A DNA stretch of 64,000 nucleotides from an uncultured Bacteroidales bacterium (GTDB lineage Bacteria; Bacteroidota; Bacteroidia; Bacteroidales; UBA3663). Shown here piece after piece: positions 55,935-64,000 of this stretch. The stretch covers positions 1,041 through 65,040 of the forward strand of contig CALBPV010000005.1 in NCBI GenBank assembly GCA_937899265.1, given 5' to 3'. The position numbers were made by a program, and so were the translations under genes. The notes under the pieces are model-generated. The model worked only from the letters and a program-made list of their open reading frames with translations, was not told the DNA's origin and did not search any database. Within the stretch, counting starts at the first letter, position 1. Each line of letters begins with the position of its first letter.

Positions 55935-56936
55935 ATGGATAACGAAAAGAAAATCGTCCTCTCGGGCATCCGCTCCACGGGACACCTCCATCTGGGCAAC
56001 TACTACGGTGCCCTCCGCAATTTCGTCGAGATGCAGAACGACTATAAGTGTTTCTTCTTCATCGCCGACTACCACTCGCTCACCACACAGCCCGATCCCT
56101 CGCTCCTCAATCCTTCGGTACGTTCGATTCTGGCTGAATATCTCGCTGCCGGCCTCGATCCCGAGAAGGCCAACATCTACATCCAGAGCGATGTGCCCGA
56201 GACCTGTGAGTTCTACACTTTGCTGAATATGCACGCCTATGTGGGCGAACTTGAGAAAACCGTTTCTTTCAAGGACAAAGTGCGCAAGAACCCCAACAAT
56301 GTCAACGCCGGCCTGCTCACCTATCCCGTCCTCATGGCTGCCGACATTCTCCAGCATCGCGCCGACTACGTTCCTGTGGGCAAGGACCAGATGCAGCACC
56401 TCGAGATGGCACGCAACTACGCCGTCCGCTTCAACCATTTCTACCACACCGACCTCCTCAAGGAGCCTCAGCCTTTCGCAACTTCGAGAGAACCCATCAA
56501 GGTGCCCGGTCTCGACGGCAGCGGCAAGATGGGCAAGAGTGAAGGCAACTGCATCTACATCAACGACGACGACAAGACCGTCATCAAGAAAGTCAAGAAG
56601 GCTGTCACCGACATGACACCCACCGAGCAGAACTCTCCCATGTCCGACCCCATCAAGAATCTCTTCTACTTCCTTCAGCTCGTTTCCACTCAGGAAATCT
56701 ACAATCAGTATCTTGCTGCCTGGAACGATTGTTCCATCCGCTACGGCGATCTCAAGATGCAGATTGCAACCGACATCCTCAAAGTGACAACGCCTATTCG
56801 CGAACGGTATAACGAGATTTACACCGACAGCGACTACCTCAACCGCGTAGCAGCCAAGGGAGCCGAAGCAGCCCGAGAGAGCTGTCGCAAGACACTCGCT
56901 GCCATGCGCGAAATCATGGGCTTCAAACACTTCTGA
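55935..56936 (+). CDS. trpS: Tryptophan--tRNA ligase.
   Basis: It has 'SGIRSTGHLHLGNYYGA' (a HIGH-type motif) and 'GKMGKSEGN' (a KMSKS-type motif). The ATG at 55935 is preferred over the TTG at 55926. Confidence 0.95.
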   Translation: MDNEKKIVLSGIRSTGHLHLGNYYGALRNFVEMQNDYKCFFFIADYHSLTTQPDPSLLNPSVRSILAEYLAAGLDPEKANIYIQSDVPETCEFYTLLNMHAYVGELEKTVSFKDKVRKNPNNVNAGLLTYPVLMAADILQHRADYVPVGKDQMQHLEMARNYAVRFNHFYHTDLLKEPQPFATSREPIKVPGLDGSGKMGKSEGNCIYINDDDKTVIKKVKKAVTDMTPTEQNSPMSDPIKNLFYFLQLVSTQEIYNQYLAAWNDCSIRYGDLKMQIATDILKVTTPIRERYNEIYTDSDYLNRVAAKGAEAARESCRKTLAAMREIMGFKHF

Positions 56937-56990
56937 AACTTGAAACCTGAAACCTGAAACTTGAAACCTGAAACTTGAAACTTTGAACTT
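56935..56990 (+). repeat. Tandem heptamer array, 7 units of GAAACTT/GAAACCT plus one degenerate unit (TGAACTT).
   Basis: Units start at 56935, 56942, 56949, 56956, 56963, 56970 and 56977, with the degenerate unit at 56984-56990. The trpS stop TGA (56934-56936) overlaps the first unit. The array abuts the ATG at 56991. Confidence 0.95.
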
Positions 56991-58286
56991 ATGGTAAGCA
57001 AGGAACAACTCAACGCCGCCCTCGCCCGCCAAGGGCTGCAAAGCGTGGCTCAGGCCAACATCCGCGACATACAGACACTCTCCAAAGCGCTCGAACAGGA
57101 GAGCGGTGAGCCTTTCATCCATCTCGAAATGGGTGTGCCCGGTCTCAAACCTTCCGACATTGCCTTCGAGGCCGAAGTCGAAGCCCTCAAGGGCGGTTGT
57201 GCTGCCGTCTATCCTCCCAATGCCGGCATTGCCCGTCTCCACGAGGCTGCATCGCGGTTTGTGAAAGCCTTTATCGATGTCGATGTCGCGCCCGCCCACA
57301 TCTGCGCTACGACAGGCTCGATGCAAGGCACATTCTCAGTCATGATGACGATGCATCATGCCAATCCCGCGAAGGACACTGTCCTCTTCATCGATCCGGG
57401 CTTCAATGTCCAGAAGACGCAGGCTCAGATTATCGGTCTCAAGGGCGAACACTTCGATGTCCATCACTGTCGCGGACAGCAGCTTCTCGACCGTATGGAA
57501 GATATCCTCCGAACGGGAAAGGTTTGTCTCATCGTTTATTCCAATCCCAACAATCCCTCTTGGATTTGTCTTTCGGACGAAGAACTGCAGGGCATCGGTG
57601 CCTTGGCTACCCGATACGACGTTGTGGTACTTGAGGACCTCGCCTATTTCGCAATGGACTTCCGCAAGGACCTCTCGCGACCCTACGAAGCACCCTTCCA
57701 GCCTTCCGTGGCCAAATATACCGACAATTACGTGATGGCCATTTCCGGCTCCAAGGCTTTCAGCTATGCCGGACAACGCATCGGCACCCTCGCCATCAGC
57801 GACCGGCTCTATGTGCGAGAGTATGCTCCCCTTGGAGCTTTCGGGGTGAAGAGCTGGGGCGACTTCCTCTCAGGCCGCGTGCTCTACACCATGTCGTCCG
57901 GCACGGCTCATGCACCCCAGCATGCCCTTGCCGCCATGATGGAGGCCGCCGTCGAAGGACGCTTCGATTTTGTGGCCGAGATTCGCGAATACGGCCGTCG
58001 TGCCAAGTTCATGAAAGATGTGCTGCTCCGCCACGGCTTCTATCTGGTCTATGACAACGACTTGGGAGCCCCTCTTGCCGACGGCTTCTATTTCACGACG
58101 CAGTATCCGGGCATGACCGACATTGAGCTCACTGCCGAACTCATGCGCTATGGTATCGCTGTCTTCCCACTTGAGAGCATGGGCTCCGACGAACAGGGCG
58201 TGCGCATCTGCACCTCGTTCATCACCGATGCCCAGTTCCCCCTCTTCGAGCAGCGCATCTCAGCCTTCGCCGCCGACCACCGTTAA
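56991..58286 (+). CDS. Class I/II pyridoxal-phosphate-dependent aminotransferase.
   Basis: It is 431 aa, with 'SNPNNPSW' and the PLP-lysine segment 'SGSKAFSYAGQRIG'. Substrate specificity cannot be determined from sequence alone. Confidence 0.8.
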   Translation: MVSKEQLNAALARQGLQSVAQANIRDIQTLSKALEQESGEPFIHLEMGVPGLKPSDIAFEAEVEALKGGCAAVYPPNAGIARLHEAASRFVKAFIDVDVAPAHICATTGSMQGTFSVMMTMHHANPAKDTVLFIDPGFNVQKTQAQIIGLKGEHFDVHHCRGQQLLDRMEDILRTGKVCLIVYSNPNNPSWICLSDEELQGIGALATRYDVVVLEDLAYFAMDFRKDLSRPYEAPFQPSVAKYTDNYVMAISGSKAFSYAGQRIGTLAISDRLYVREYAPLGAFGVKSWGDFLSGRVLYTMSSGTAHAPQHALAAMMEAAVEGRFDFVAEIREYGRRAKFMKDVLLRHGFYLVYDNDLGAPLADGFYFTTQYPGMTDIELTAELMRYGIAVFPLESMGSDEQGVRICTSFITDAQFPLFEQRISAFAADHR

Positions 58287-58343
58287 TCTAAAGGGAAAAA
58301 ATTCCCGTAAAACTGAAGATAAATTGCAGACAGAAAATGCATC

Positions 58344-58407
58344 AAATCCAAAAAAGTCAGGATTTTTTCGGATTATAATCCAAAATTTCGCTCACTTTTT
58401 TGGATTT
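58344..58407. repeat. Nested inverted repeats upstream of the AAA-ATPase promoter.
   Basis: The outer 13-bp perfect inverted repeat is AAATCCAAAAAAG (58344-58356) / CTTTTTTGGATTT (58395-58407). The inner perfect 12-bp palindrome is GGATTATAATCC (58370-58381). GGATT/AATCC occurs five times in 64 bp. Confidence 0.85.
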
Positions 58408-58422
58408 GTCAAAAATAATGCT

Positions 58423-58430
58423 TATCTTTG
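58423..58430 (+). promoter_or_regulatory. Bacteroidota -7 box TATCTTTG for the AAA ATPase gene.
   Basis: The context is 'GCTTATCTTTGCCCC', 25 nt upstream of the ATG at 58455. Confidence 0.7.
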
Positions 58431-58454
58431 CCCCGCAAAATATTCCAAGAAACT

Positions 58455-59582
58455 ATGATAACCCGTGAGTTGAAATCCATCATTGAAGAGAAACTTTTCA
58501 AGGGAAAAGCCATCATTGTAGTGGGAGCGCGGCAGGTGGGCAAGACAACCCTCTGCAACGAAATTCTTGACAGCCGTTCGGAGAAAGCGCTTCGCCTGAA
58601 CCTTGACGAGGCAGAGGTACGCCACTTGTTGGACGAGCCGACAATGGGAGACTTGGAACGCCTGATAGCCGGCAACGAGATACTTATGATTGACGAAGCC
58701 CAAAGAGCCGGCAACATAGGGCTGACGCTAAAACGCATTCATGACAATTTCCCCAAGTTACAACTGATAGTGACGGGATCCTCATCACTCGACCTGCGTG
58801 CCGGCATCTCGGAGGCGATGACGGGTCGGAAGTGGGAATATACGATGTATCCCATTTCTACAGCGGAACTGCTGACCGACAGGGGCGAACTGGCCGTGCG
58901 ACAGCATCTGGAAAACCGCATGATATACGGTTCCTATCCGGACGTACTGAACTATGAGACCGACGCGCGCGAGACGTTGATGAATCTGGCTGGCAGCTAC
59001 CTCTACAAAGACCTGCTGGAGATGGAAGGGGTGCGCCGTCCGGCTCTCATTGAGAAACTGCTGGTGGCTCTCGCCCTGCAGACAGGCAGCGAGGTGTCGT
59101 ACAATGAGGTTGCCCAGACTATAGGCACCGATAGCAAGACCGTGGAGAAATACATCAAGTTGCTCGAGAAATGCTATATCGTCGTGACCCTGCCTGCCTT
59201 CAGCCGCAACCTGCGCAACGAACTCCGCAAAAGCCGTAAGATATACTTTTGGGACAACGGCATCCGCAATGCCATACTCCAAAATTTCACGCCCCTGGCA
59301 CTACGTAATGACACGGGAGCCCTATGGGAGAACTTCTTCATCACCGAGCGGCTCAAGGCCAACCATTACCGTCGCCGCTATGCTCACAGTTACTTCTGGC
59401 GTACCAAGTCGCAGCAGGAAATAGACTACATCGAGGAGGCCGACGGCGCATTCACGGCCTTCGAACTGAAGTGGAATCCCAGAAAAGCGGGAGCCACGCT
59501 GCCTGCTGCGTTCTCCGCAGCCTATCCCATTGCCCAATCAGCAATAGTGACACCGGAAAACTGGATAGACTTTGTCTCGTGA
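58455..59582 (+). CDS. AAA+ ATPase with a DUF4143-type C-terminal domain (annotated generically as 'ATP-binding protein').
   Basis: It starts 'MITRELKSIIEEKLFKGKAIIVVGARQVGKTTL' with a Walker A motif, and has Walker B 'LMIDEAQ'. The C-terminal 'YFWRT..QEIDYIEE' is typical of the DUF4143, PD-(D/E)xK-like module. Confidence 0.8.
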   Translation: MITRELKSIIEEKLFKGKAIIVVGARQVGKTTLCNEILDSRSEKALRLNLDEAEVRHLLDEPTMGDLERLIAGNEILMIDEAQRAGNIGLTLKRIHDNFPKLQLIVTGSSSLDLRAGISEAMTGRKWEYTMYPISTAELLTDRGELAVRQHLENRMIYGSYPDVLNYETDARETLMNLAGSYLYKDLLEMEGVRRPALIEKLLVALALQTGSEVSYNEVAQTIGTDSKTVEKYIKLLEKCYIVVTLPAFSRNLRNELRKSRKIYFWDNGIRNAILQNFTPLALRNDTGALWENFFITERLKANHYRRRYAHSYFWRTKSQQEIDYIEEADGAFTAFELKWNPRKAGATLPAAFSAAYPIAQSAIVTPENWIDFVS

Positions 59583-59663
59583 GTCTTCTTATGATATGTG
59601 CAGTTATAATTCAAGTTTCGAAAGCTCAGTTGGACGAGCCTTGAAGGGGCGGCATATTATAGG

Positions 59664-59823
59664 CGGGGGCGGAAGCCCCCGTATGAGGGTCGGCACACAA
59701 CCCAAGCCCTAAAAGGGCGACATACGCTTGCGACTGTTATTTCGCCCATACAGGGCAAGAACGGGTACATCTCGTAACATAGGGGCAAGCCCCTGTGCTG
59801 GGGGTCTTTCGCCCCTACGGGGC
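59664..59823 (+). repeat. Cluster of at least 6 short GC hairpins built from GGGC/GCCC motifs.
   Basis: The hairpins are:
- CGGGGGC-ggaa-GCCCCCG (59664-59681)
- GGGT..ACCC (59687-59703)
- GCCCT-aaa-AGGGC (59706-59718)
- GCCC-ataca-GGGC (59744-59756)
- AGGGG-caag-CCCCT (59781-59794)
- GCCCC-tac-GGGGC (59811-59823), followed by TTGTTTT and therefore terminator-like. Confidence 0.75.
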
Positions 59824-60079
59824 TTGTTTTCAGCATGTTCATTACTTGCGAAAGTTGAATAAATAATTTATACCATCACGGAGGGAGAATTCGGCAAGAC
59901 GTGCGGGAACGGAAGTATCGGAGCCCGTCAGTAGGCACATACCTACAGAATTGCATTTTTATACCGTATTTTTTTTGTATTTTTTTTCATTTTGTTTAGA
60001 AAAGCTTACAAAATGGCATTTTTTTCAAAAAAAAGCAAAAGATTTCAAAAAAATATTTGAAAAATTAAAAAAAATGGTT

Positions 60080-60087
60080 TATCTTTG
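60080..60087 (+). promoter_or_regulatory. Bacteroidota -7 box TATCTTTG far upstream of SusC3, implying a ~240-nt leader.
   Basis: The context is 'GGTTTATCTTTGCAGGC' within a very AT-rich region. The ATG is at 60337. Confidence 0.6.
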
Positions 60088-60336
60088 CAGGCGCATTTCG
60101 GATGTAGAGAGCCGATATGAAAGAAACCAAGGTACAAACAAGGTACAAACAAACAAGATGTTACATGTTACTCTTTATTATTATATCATATTAATAATGT
60201 GTAAATTTGCTGTAATATCATGCGTTGTTTTTACCAGAGTTATTCTTTCGCCCATGGCGCAAGCTACGGGTTGCGTTTCTGACAGAAAAAAAGTATTTTA
60301 AATTATTTCTAATTGTTTCATTTTTACATTTCAAGT

Positions 60337-63300
60337 ATGAGAAAACTCCTTTCAGTCATCGTATGTCTCTTAGCAGGCGTAACGATGTTGATGGCTCAGA
60401 ACCGTACTATCACGGGTACAGTCATCTCCAATGAGGACGGAGAACCCATCATCGGCGCCAGCGTCCGTGTCACGGGCACGAACATCGGTACCATCACCGA
60501 TGCCAATGGTAAATTCTCCCTCACAGTTCCTGCAAGTGCCAAGACGCTTACCTTCTCTTATGTAGGTATGGAAAACGTGGAGGCATCCATCCACAACAAG
60601 ATGAACATTGCTCTTCACTCCAGCGAAGAGGTACTCGACGACGTTCTCGTCGTTGCTTATGGTACCGCCAAGAAGAGCGCGTTCACGGGTTCTGCTGCCG
60701 TCATCGACGAAAACAGCATTGCCAAGATTCAGGCTTCAAACCCTGTTGATGCCCTTAAGGGCAAGGTTGCCGGTGTGACAATCACCCAGGCTTCCGGCAA
60801 ACCCGGTTCCACATCGCAGACGATTCGCGTGCGTGGCATAAGCTCCATCAATGCAGGCAACGCTCCTCTGATTATCCTCGACGGCTCCCCATACGACGGC
60901 GATATGAACAACATCAACCCCGCCGATATCGAAAGCATGACCATCCTCAAGGATGCCGCTTCCAACGCCCTCTACGGTGCACGTGGTGCCAATGGTGTCA
61001 TTATGATAACCACGAAGCACGCCAAGGTAGGCGATGCCAAGGTGACAGTAGATGCCAAGTGGGGTGTCAACAGCCGCGGCAACCGTCGTTACGACATCAT
61101 CACCGACAAGAAGGGTTACTATGAGGCTTACTACACCGCCCTCAACAACTATGCCCTTGCCAGCGGCATGGATGCCAATGCAGCTTGGATTTGGGCCAAC
61201 CAGAAACTCACCTCCAACGAGTCATACGGCTTGGGCGTGAACATCTACAACATTCCCGAGGGTCAGTACCTCATCGGTCAGAACGGCAAGCTTAATCCCA
61301 ACGCTACCGAGGGTCGCATCGTTACCTATCAGGGCGATGAGTATCTGATGCAGGGAGATGACTGGTTCGACGCAGCATACGGCACGGGCGTTCGTCAGGA
61401 ATACAACGCTACCGTCAGCAACGCCACTGAGAAATCTACGTTCTACGCTTCTGTAGGCTACCTCAACAACAAGGGTATCACCGACAAGTCCGGCTACAAG
61501 CGTTTCGCAGCCCGTTTGAAAGCTGACACACAGGCCAAGTCGTGGTTGAAATTCGGCGGCAACTTCAGCTATACGCACTACAACGCCGAGTCTTCCATCT
61601 CCTCTGACATTGAAGGTGAGTCCGGTTCGTCCGGCAACATTCTGGCATTCGCCAACAGCGTTCCTTCCATCTATCCCATCTATATGCGCAATGCCGACGG
61701 AACTGTCAAGTATGATGCCAACGGTCTCAAGCGTTACGACTATGGTGACGGAAAGAACGGTGGTGCCACGCGTCCCTTCCTTGGCACGACCAACGCCTTC
61801 GATGCTCTTAACCTTGACGAGGACAGCTACGAAGGCAACGCTTTCTCGGCTTCGGGTACGGCTGAGGTTAAGTTCCTCAAGGATTTCACCTTCACCACAA
61901 CCAACAGCATGACACTCGACGAAACTCGCTCCAAGGACGTTACGAACCCCTACTATGGCCAGTACGCTTCTTCGAACGGTATCCTCTATGTTTACCACAC
62001 ACGTCGTGTCAACTATAATTTCGACCAGATATTGAACTGGCACCGCATCTTCGACGAGAAGCATGACGTACAACTCATGTTGGGTCACGAAAGCTCTCGC
62101 TCGATGTACTACTACCTCTATGGACACAAGACCAACGTCTTCGATCCCTCCAACACCGAATTGGCCGGTGCCATCACCGAGGGTTCTTCGAATTCCTATA
62201 CTACAGACTACAACGTGGAAGGATACTTTACACGCGCTCAGTACAACTACAACGAGAAGTACTTCGCTTCAGCCTCATTCCGTCGCGACGCTTCTTCCCG
62301 CTTCCATCCCGACAACCGCTGGGGTAACTTCTGGTCTATCGGCGGTGCATGGTTGATGCACAAGGAGAATTGGTTCAACGTAAGTTGGATTGACCTCTTG
62401 AAGGTGAAAGCATCTTACGGTGAGAACGGTAACGACAACATCGGCAACTACCGCTACACCACCACTTACAATATCGTAAACTCCAATGGTACTCCCGGCG
62501 CACAGCCCAACATCCTTGGCAACCCCGACATCTCTTGGGAAACTGTAGGCAATTTCAACGCCGGTATCGAATTTGAGATGTTCAAGAGCCGCTTGCGCGG
62601 TCAGGTTGAGTTCTTCACCCGCAAGACCACCGACATGCTCTATTGGTTCTCACTCCCCGTTTCGTTCGGTTACACCGGTTACTACGACAACATCGGTGAC
62701 ATGAAGAACACCGGTATTGAAGTTGAGTTGAGCGGCGAGATTATACGCAAGCGCGACTTCAACTGGAGCGTGAACCTCAACTTGACGCACTATAAGAACA
62801 AGATTTCTTACATTGCTGCCGAGAACAAGACCATCGATATGGAAGGTCACGGAGGTTTCGTCTCTGGCAACTACTTCATCGGTGAGGACCTCTCCCTGTA
62901 CACCTGGCGCTTGAAGAAATACGCCGGCGTGGCCGACGATGGCCAGTCGATGTGGTACATGTACGAACTCGATGACGAGGGCAACAAGACAGGCAACGTC
63001 GTAACGACGAAGACCTACTCCGAGGCAGACTACTTCCTCTGCGACACCTCACTTCCCGACCTCACGGGTGGTTTCGGCACGCAGTTGAATTGGAAGGGCA
63101 TCGATTTCTCTGTCGATTTCGCTTACCAGATTGGCGGCAAGGTTTACGATTGGGACTATGCCGACCTCATGGGCTCGCCTACCGCAAGCTCCCGTGGCAC
63201 CAACATCCACTCTGACCTCTTGAACGCGTGGACTCCTGATAACATTGATTCCAGCATTCCTCGCTTCCAGTTCAACGACAACTACTCCAACGCTGCCAGC

Positions 63301-63549
63301 GACCGTTTCTTGACCGATGGTTCCTACCTCTCTCTCCAGAACGTAACGATTGGCTACACGCTGCCCTCCAAGTGGACGCGCAAGGCTCAGATTGGCTCGG
63401 TACGTTTCTACTGCTCGGCAGACAATGTGTTCCTCGTCTCGAAGCGTCAGGGTCTCGACCCCAGCCAGTCCATTAACGGCAACATCAACGGTTCTGCTTA
63501 CTATGCTAAGATGCGCACTGTTTCTGGCGGTGTAAACATCACTTTCTAA
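60337..63549 (+). CDS. SusC/RagA-family TonB-dependent outer-membrane transporter (pair 3).
   Basis: It starts 'MRKLLSVIVCLLAGVTMLMAQ' and has a carboxypeptidase-regulatory-like domain ('ITGTVISNEDGEPIIGASVRV') and a plug motif ('IESMTILKDAASNALYGARGANGVIMITTK'). The C-terminus is 'VNITF'. Confidence 0.9.
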   Translation: MRKLLSVIVCLLAGVTMLMAQNRTITGTVISNEDGEPIIGASVRVTGTNIGTITDANGKFSLTVPASAKTLTFSYVGMENVEASIHNKMNIALHSSEEVLDDVLVVAYGTAKKSAFTGSAAVIDENSIAKIQASNPVDALKGKVAGVTITQASGKPGSTSQTIRVRGISSINAGNAPLIILDGSPYDGDMNNINPADIESMTILKDAASNALYGARGANGVIMITTKHAKVGDAKVTVDAKWGVNSRGNRRYDIITDKKGYYEAYYTALNNYALASGMDANAAWIWANQKLTSNESYGLGVNIYNIPEGQYLIGQNGKLNPNATEGRIVTYQGDEYLMQGDDWFDAAYGTGVRQEYNATVSNATEKSTFYASVGYLNNKGITDKSGYKRFAARLKADTQAKSWLKFGGNFSYTHYNAESSISSDIEGESGSSGNILAFANSVPSIYPIYMRNADGTVKYDANGLKRYDYGDGKNGGATRPFLGTTNAFDALNLDEDSYEGNAFSASGTAEVKFLKDFTFTTTNSMTLDETRSKDVTNPYYGQYASSNGILYVYHTRRVNYNFDQILNWHRIFDEKHDVQLMLGHESSRSMYYYLYGHKTNVFDPSNTELAGAITEGSSNSYTTDYNVEGYFTRAQYNYNEKYFASASFRRDASSRFHPDNRWGNFWSIGGAWLMHKENWFNVSWIDLLKVKASYGENGNDNIGNYRYTTTYNIVNSNGTPGAQPNILGNPDISWETVGNFNAGIEFEMFKSRLRGQVEFFTRKTTDMLYWFSLPVSFGYTGYYDNIGDMKNTGIEVELSGEIIRKRDFNWSVNLNLTHYKNKISYIAAENKTIDMEGHGGFVSGNYFIGEDLSLYTWRLKKYAGVADDGQSMWYMYELDDEGNKTGNVVTTKTYSEADYFLCDTSLPDLTGGFGTQLNWKGIDFSVDFAYQIGGKVYDWDYADLMGSPTASSRGTNIHSDLLNAWTPDNIDSSIPRFQFNDNYSNAASDRFLTDGSYLSLQNVTIGYTLPSKWTRKAQIGSVRFYCSADNVFLVSKRQGLDPSQSINGNINGSAYYAKMRTVSGGVNITF

Positions 63550-63571
63550 TATTAAACAAGAGATTTACATT

Positions 63572-64000
63572 ATGAAGAATATTGCTAAATATTTCATTCT
63601 GGCAGCTACGGCCTCGACGATGTTCGCCACCTCCTGCATCGAAGAAACCGAGCCTACAACTTTGGCCACTGAGGAACAGCTCGGCAGTAGCGCCAAGGCT
63701 ACGGAAGCTTTGCTCGCAGCCATGCCCTCGTTCTTCAATGTCTATGACAACCTCGGTACCTCACGTCACAATGACTTTGGCTACAGTTCCGTCATGCACG
63801 TCCGCGACGTGATGACAGCAGATATGACCATTGTCGAGAGCGACTACGACTGGTTTCAACGATGGGAGACCAATACATATCAGGGCGACAGCTACTATTT
63901 CACCCGTTTGGTTTACAACTACTACTTCAAGTTCATCCAGACGACCAACAATATCGCAGGCGCAGTAGATGAAGAAACGGCTACAGACCTCCAGAAGTTC
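63572..64000 (+). CDS. SusD/RagB-family lipoprotein, 3' truncated by the window edge.
   Basis: The ATG at 63572 opens a frame that runs to the window end, so it is absent from the ORF track. It reads 'MKNIAKYFILAATASTMFATSC' with a lipobox and lies 22 nt after SusC3. Confidence 0.7.
   Translation, partial: MKNIAKYFILAATASTMFATSCIEETEPTTLATEEQLGSSAKATEALLAAMPSFFNVYDNLGTSRHNDFGYSSVMHVRDVMTADMTIVESDYDWFQRWETNTYQGDSYYFTRLVYNYYFKFIQTTNNIAGAVDEETATDLQKF

Noticed and set aside
55836-57326. 496-aa - strand ORF crossing trpS and both heptamer arrays, plus similar long antisense ORFs at 26515-28041, 28396-30090, 36740-38017, 46577-47782 and 53776-55047.
   Set aside because: All lie antisense to well-supported genes. 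The heptamer (AAGTTTC on the - strand) contains no stop codon, so the ORF simply runs through. No motifs are present and the composition is typical of shadow frames in GC-rich coding DNA.
59623-59639. AGCTCAGTTGGACGAGC, which closely resembles a tRNA D-arm (AGCTCAGTTGGTAGAGC).
   Set aside because: No acceptor stem, anticodon arm or T-arm (GGTTCGAATCC-like) can be built from the flanking sequence. It is treated as part of a compound palindrome, not as a tRNA or tRNA fragment. An att-site remnant cannot be excluded.
60117-60301. Short AT-rich ORFs (25 and 47 codons) in the SusC3 leader as possible small proteins.
   Set aside because: Their codon usage and composition are completely unlike the rest of the window. 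There is no independent support, so they are more likely chance ORFs in AT-rich regulatory DNA. They are mentioned only within the leader finding.

Overview
This is a chromosomal window from a Bacteroidota genome, Bacteroidales-like and encoding a type IX secretion system (T9SS). The assignment rests on three SusC/SusD pairs, TAnnTTTG -7 promoter boxes with no Shine-Dalgarno sites, lipoprotein lipoboxes, T9SS C-terminal sorting domains, PorX and a class-3 FBPase.

Layout:
- 1-22767 (+ strand): one polysaccharide-utilisation locus (PUL). It holds a 5'-truncated pectate-lyase-like T9SS cargo protein, fasciclin (FAS1) lipoproteins, two SusC/SusD pairs and a second T9SS cargo protein.
- 22874-59582: densely packed housekeeping genes. 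These are glyA, an L,D-transpeptidase, a DEAD-box helicase, mfd, gyrA, folC, fbp, holB, the pgeF-obg-adk-hpt string, a POT peptide transporter, pepT, aroA, trpS and an aminotransferase. The T9SS genes sit here too: a PorW/SprE-like lipoprotein and porX.
- 60337 to the window end: the start of a second SusC/SusD locus.

I found no rRNA, tRNA, CRISPR array, transposase or integrase.

The signals that gene annotation does not explain are:
- A family of tandem heptamer arrays, (GAAACYT)7-8, placed exactly at four + strand gene junctions.
- A related family of C-rich/G-rich imperfect palindromes with G-quadruplex potential, each bracketed by local direct repeats.
- An ABC-3 permease reading frame that runs without a stop into the PorW-like lipoprotein.
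- A 9-nt SDN/SEK coding microsatellite.
- A 46-bp perfect direct repeat at the 5' end of a SusC gene.
- A cluster of small GGGC/GCCC hairpins.

All functional calls come from motif recognition by eye. No searches were run.
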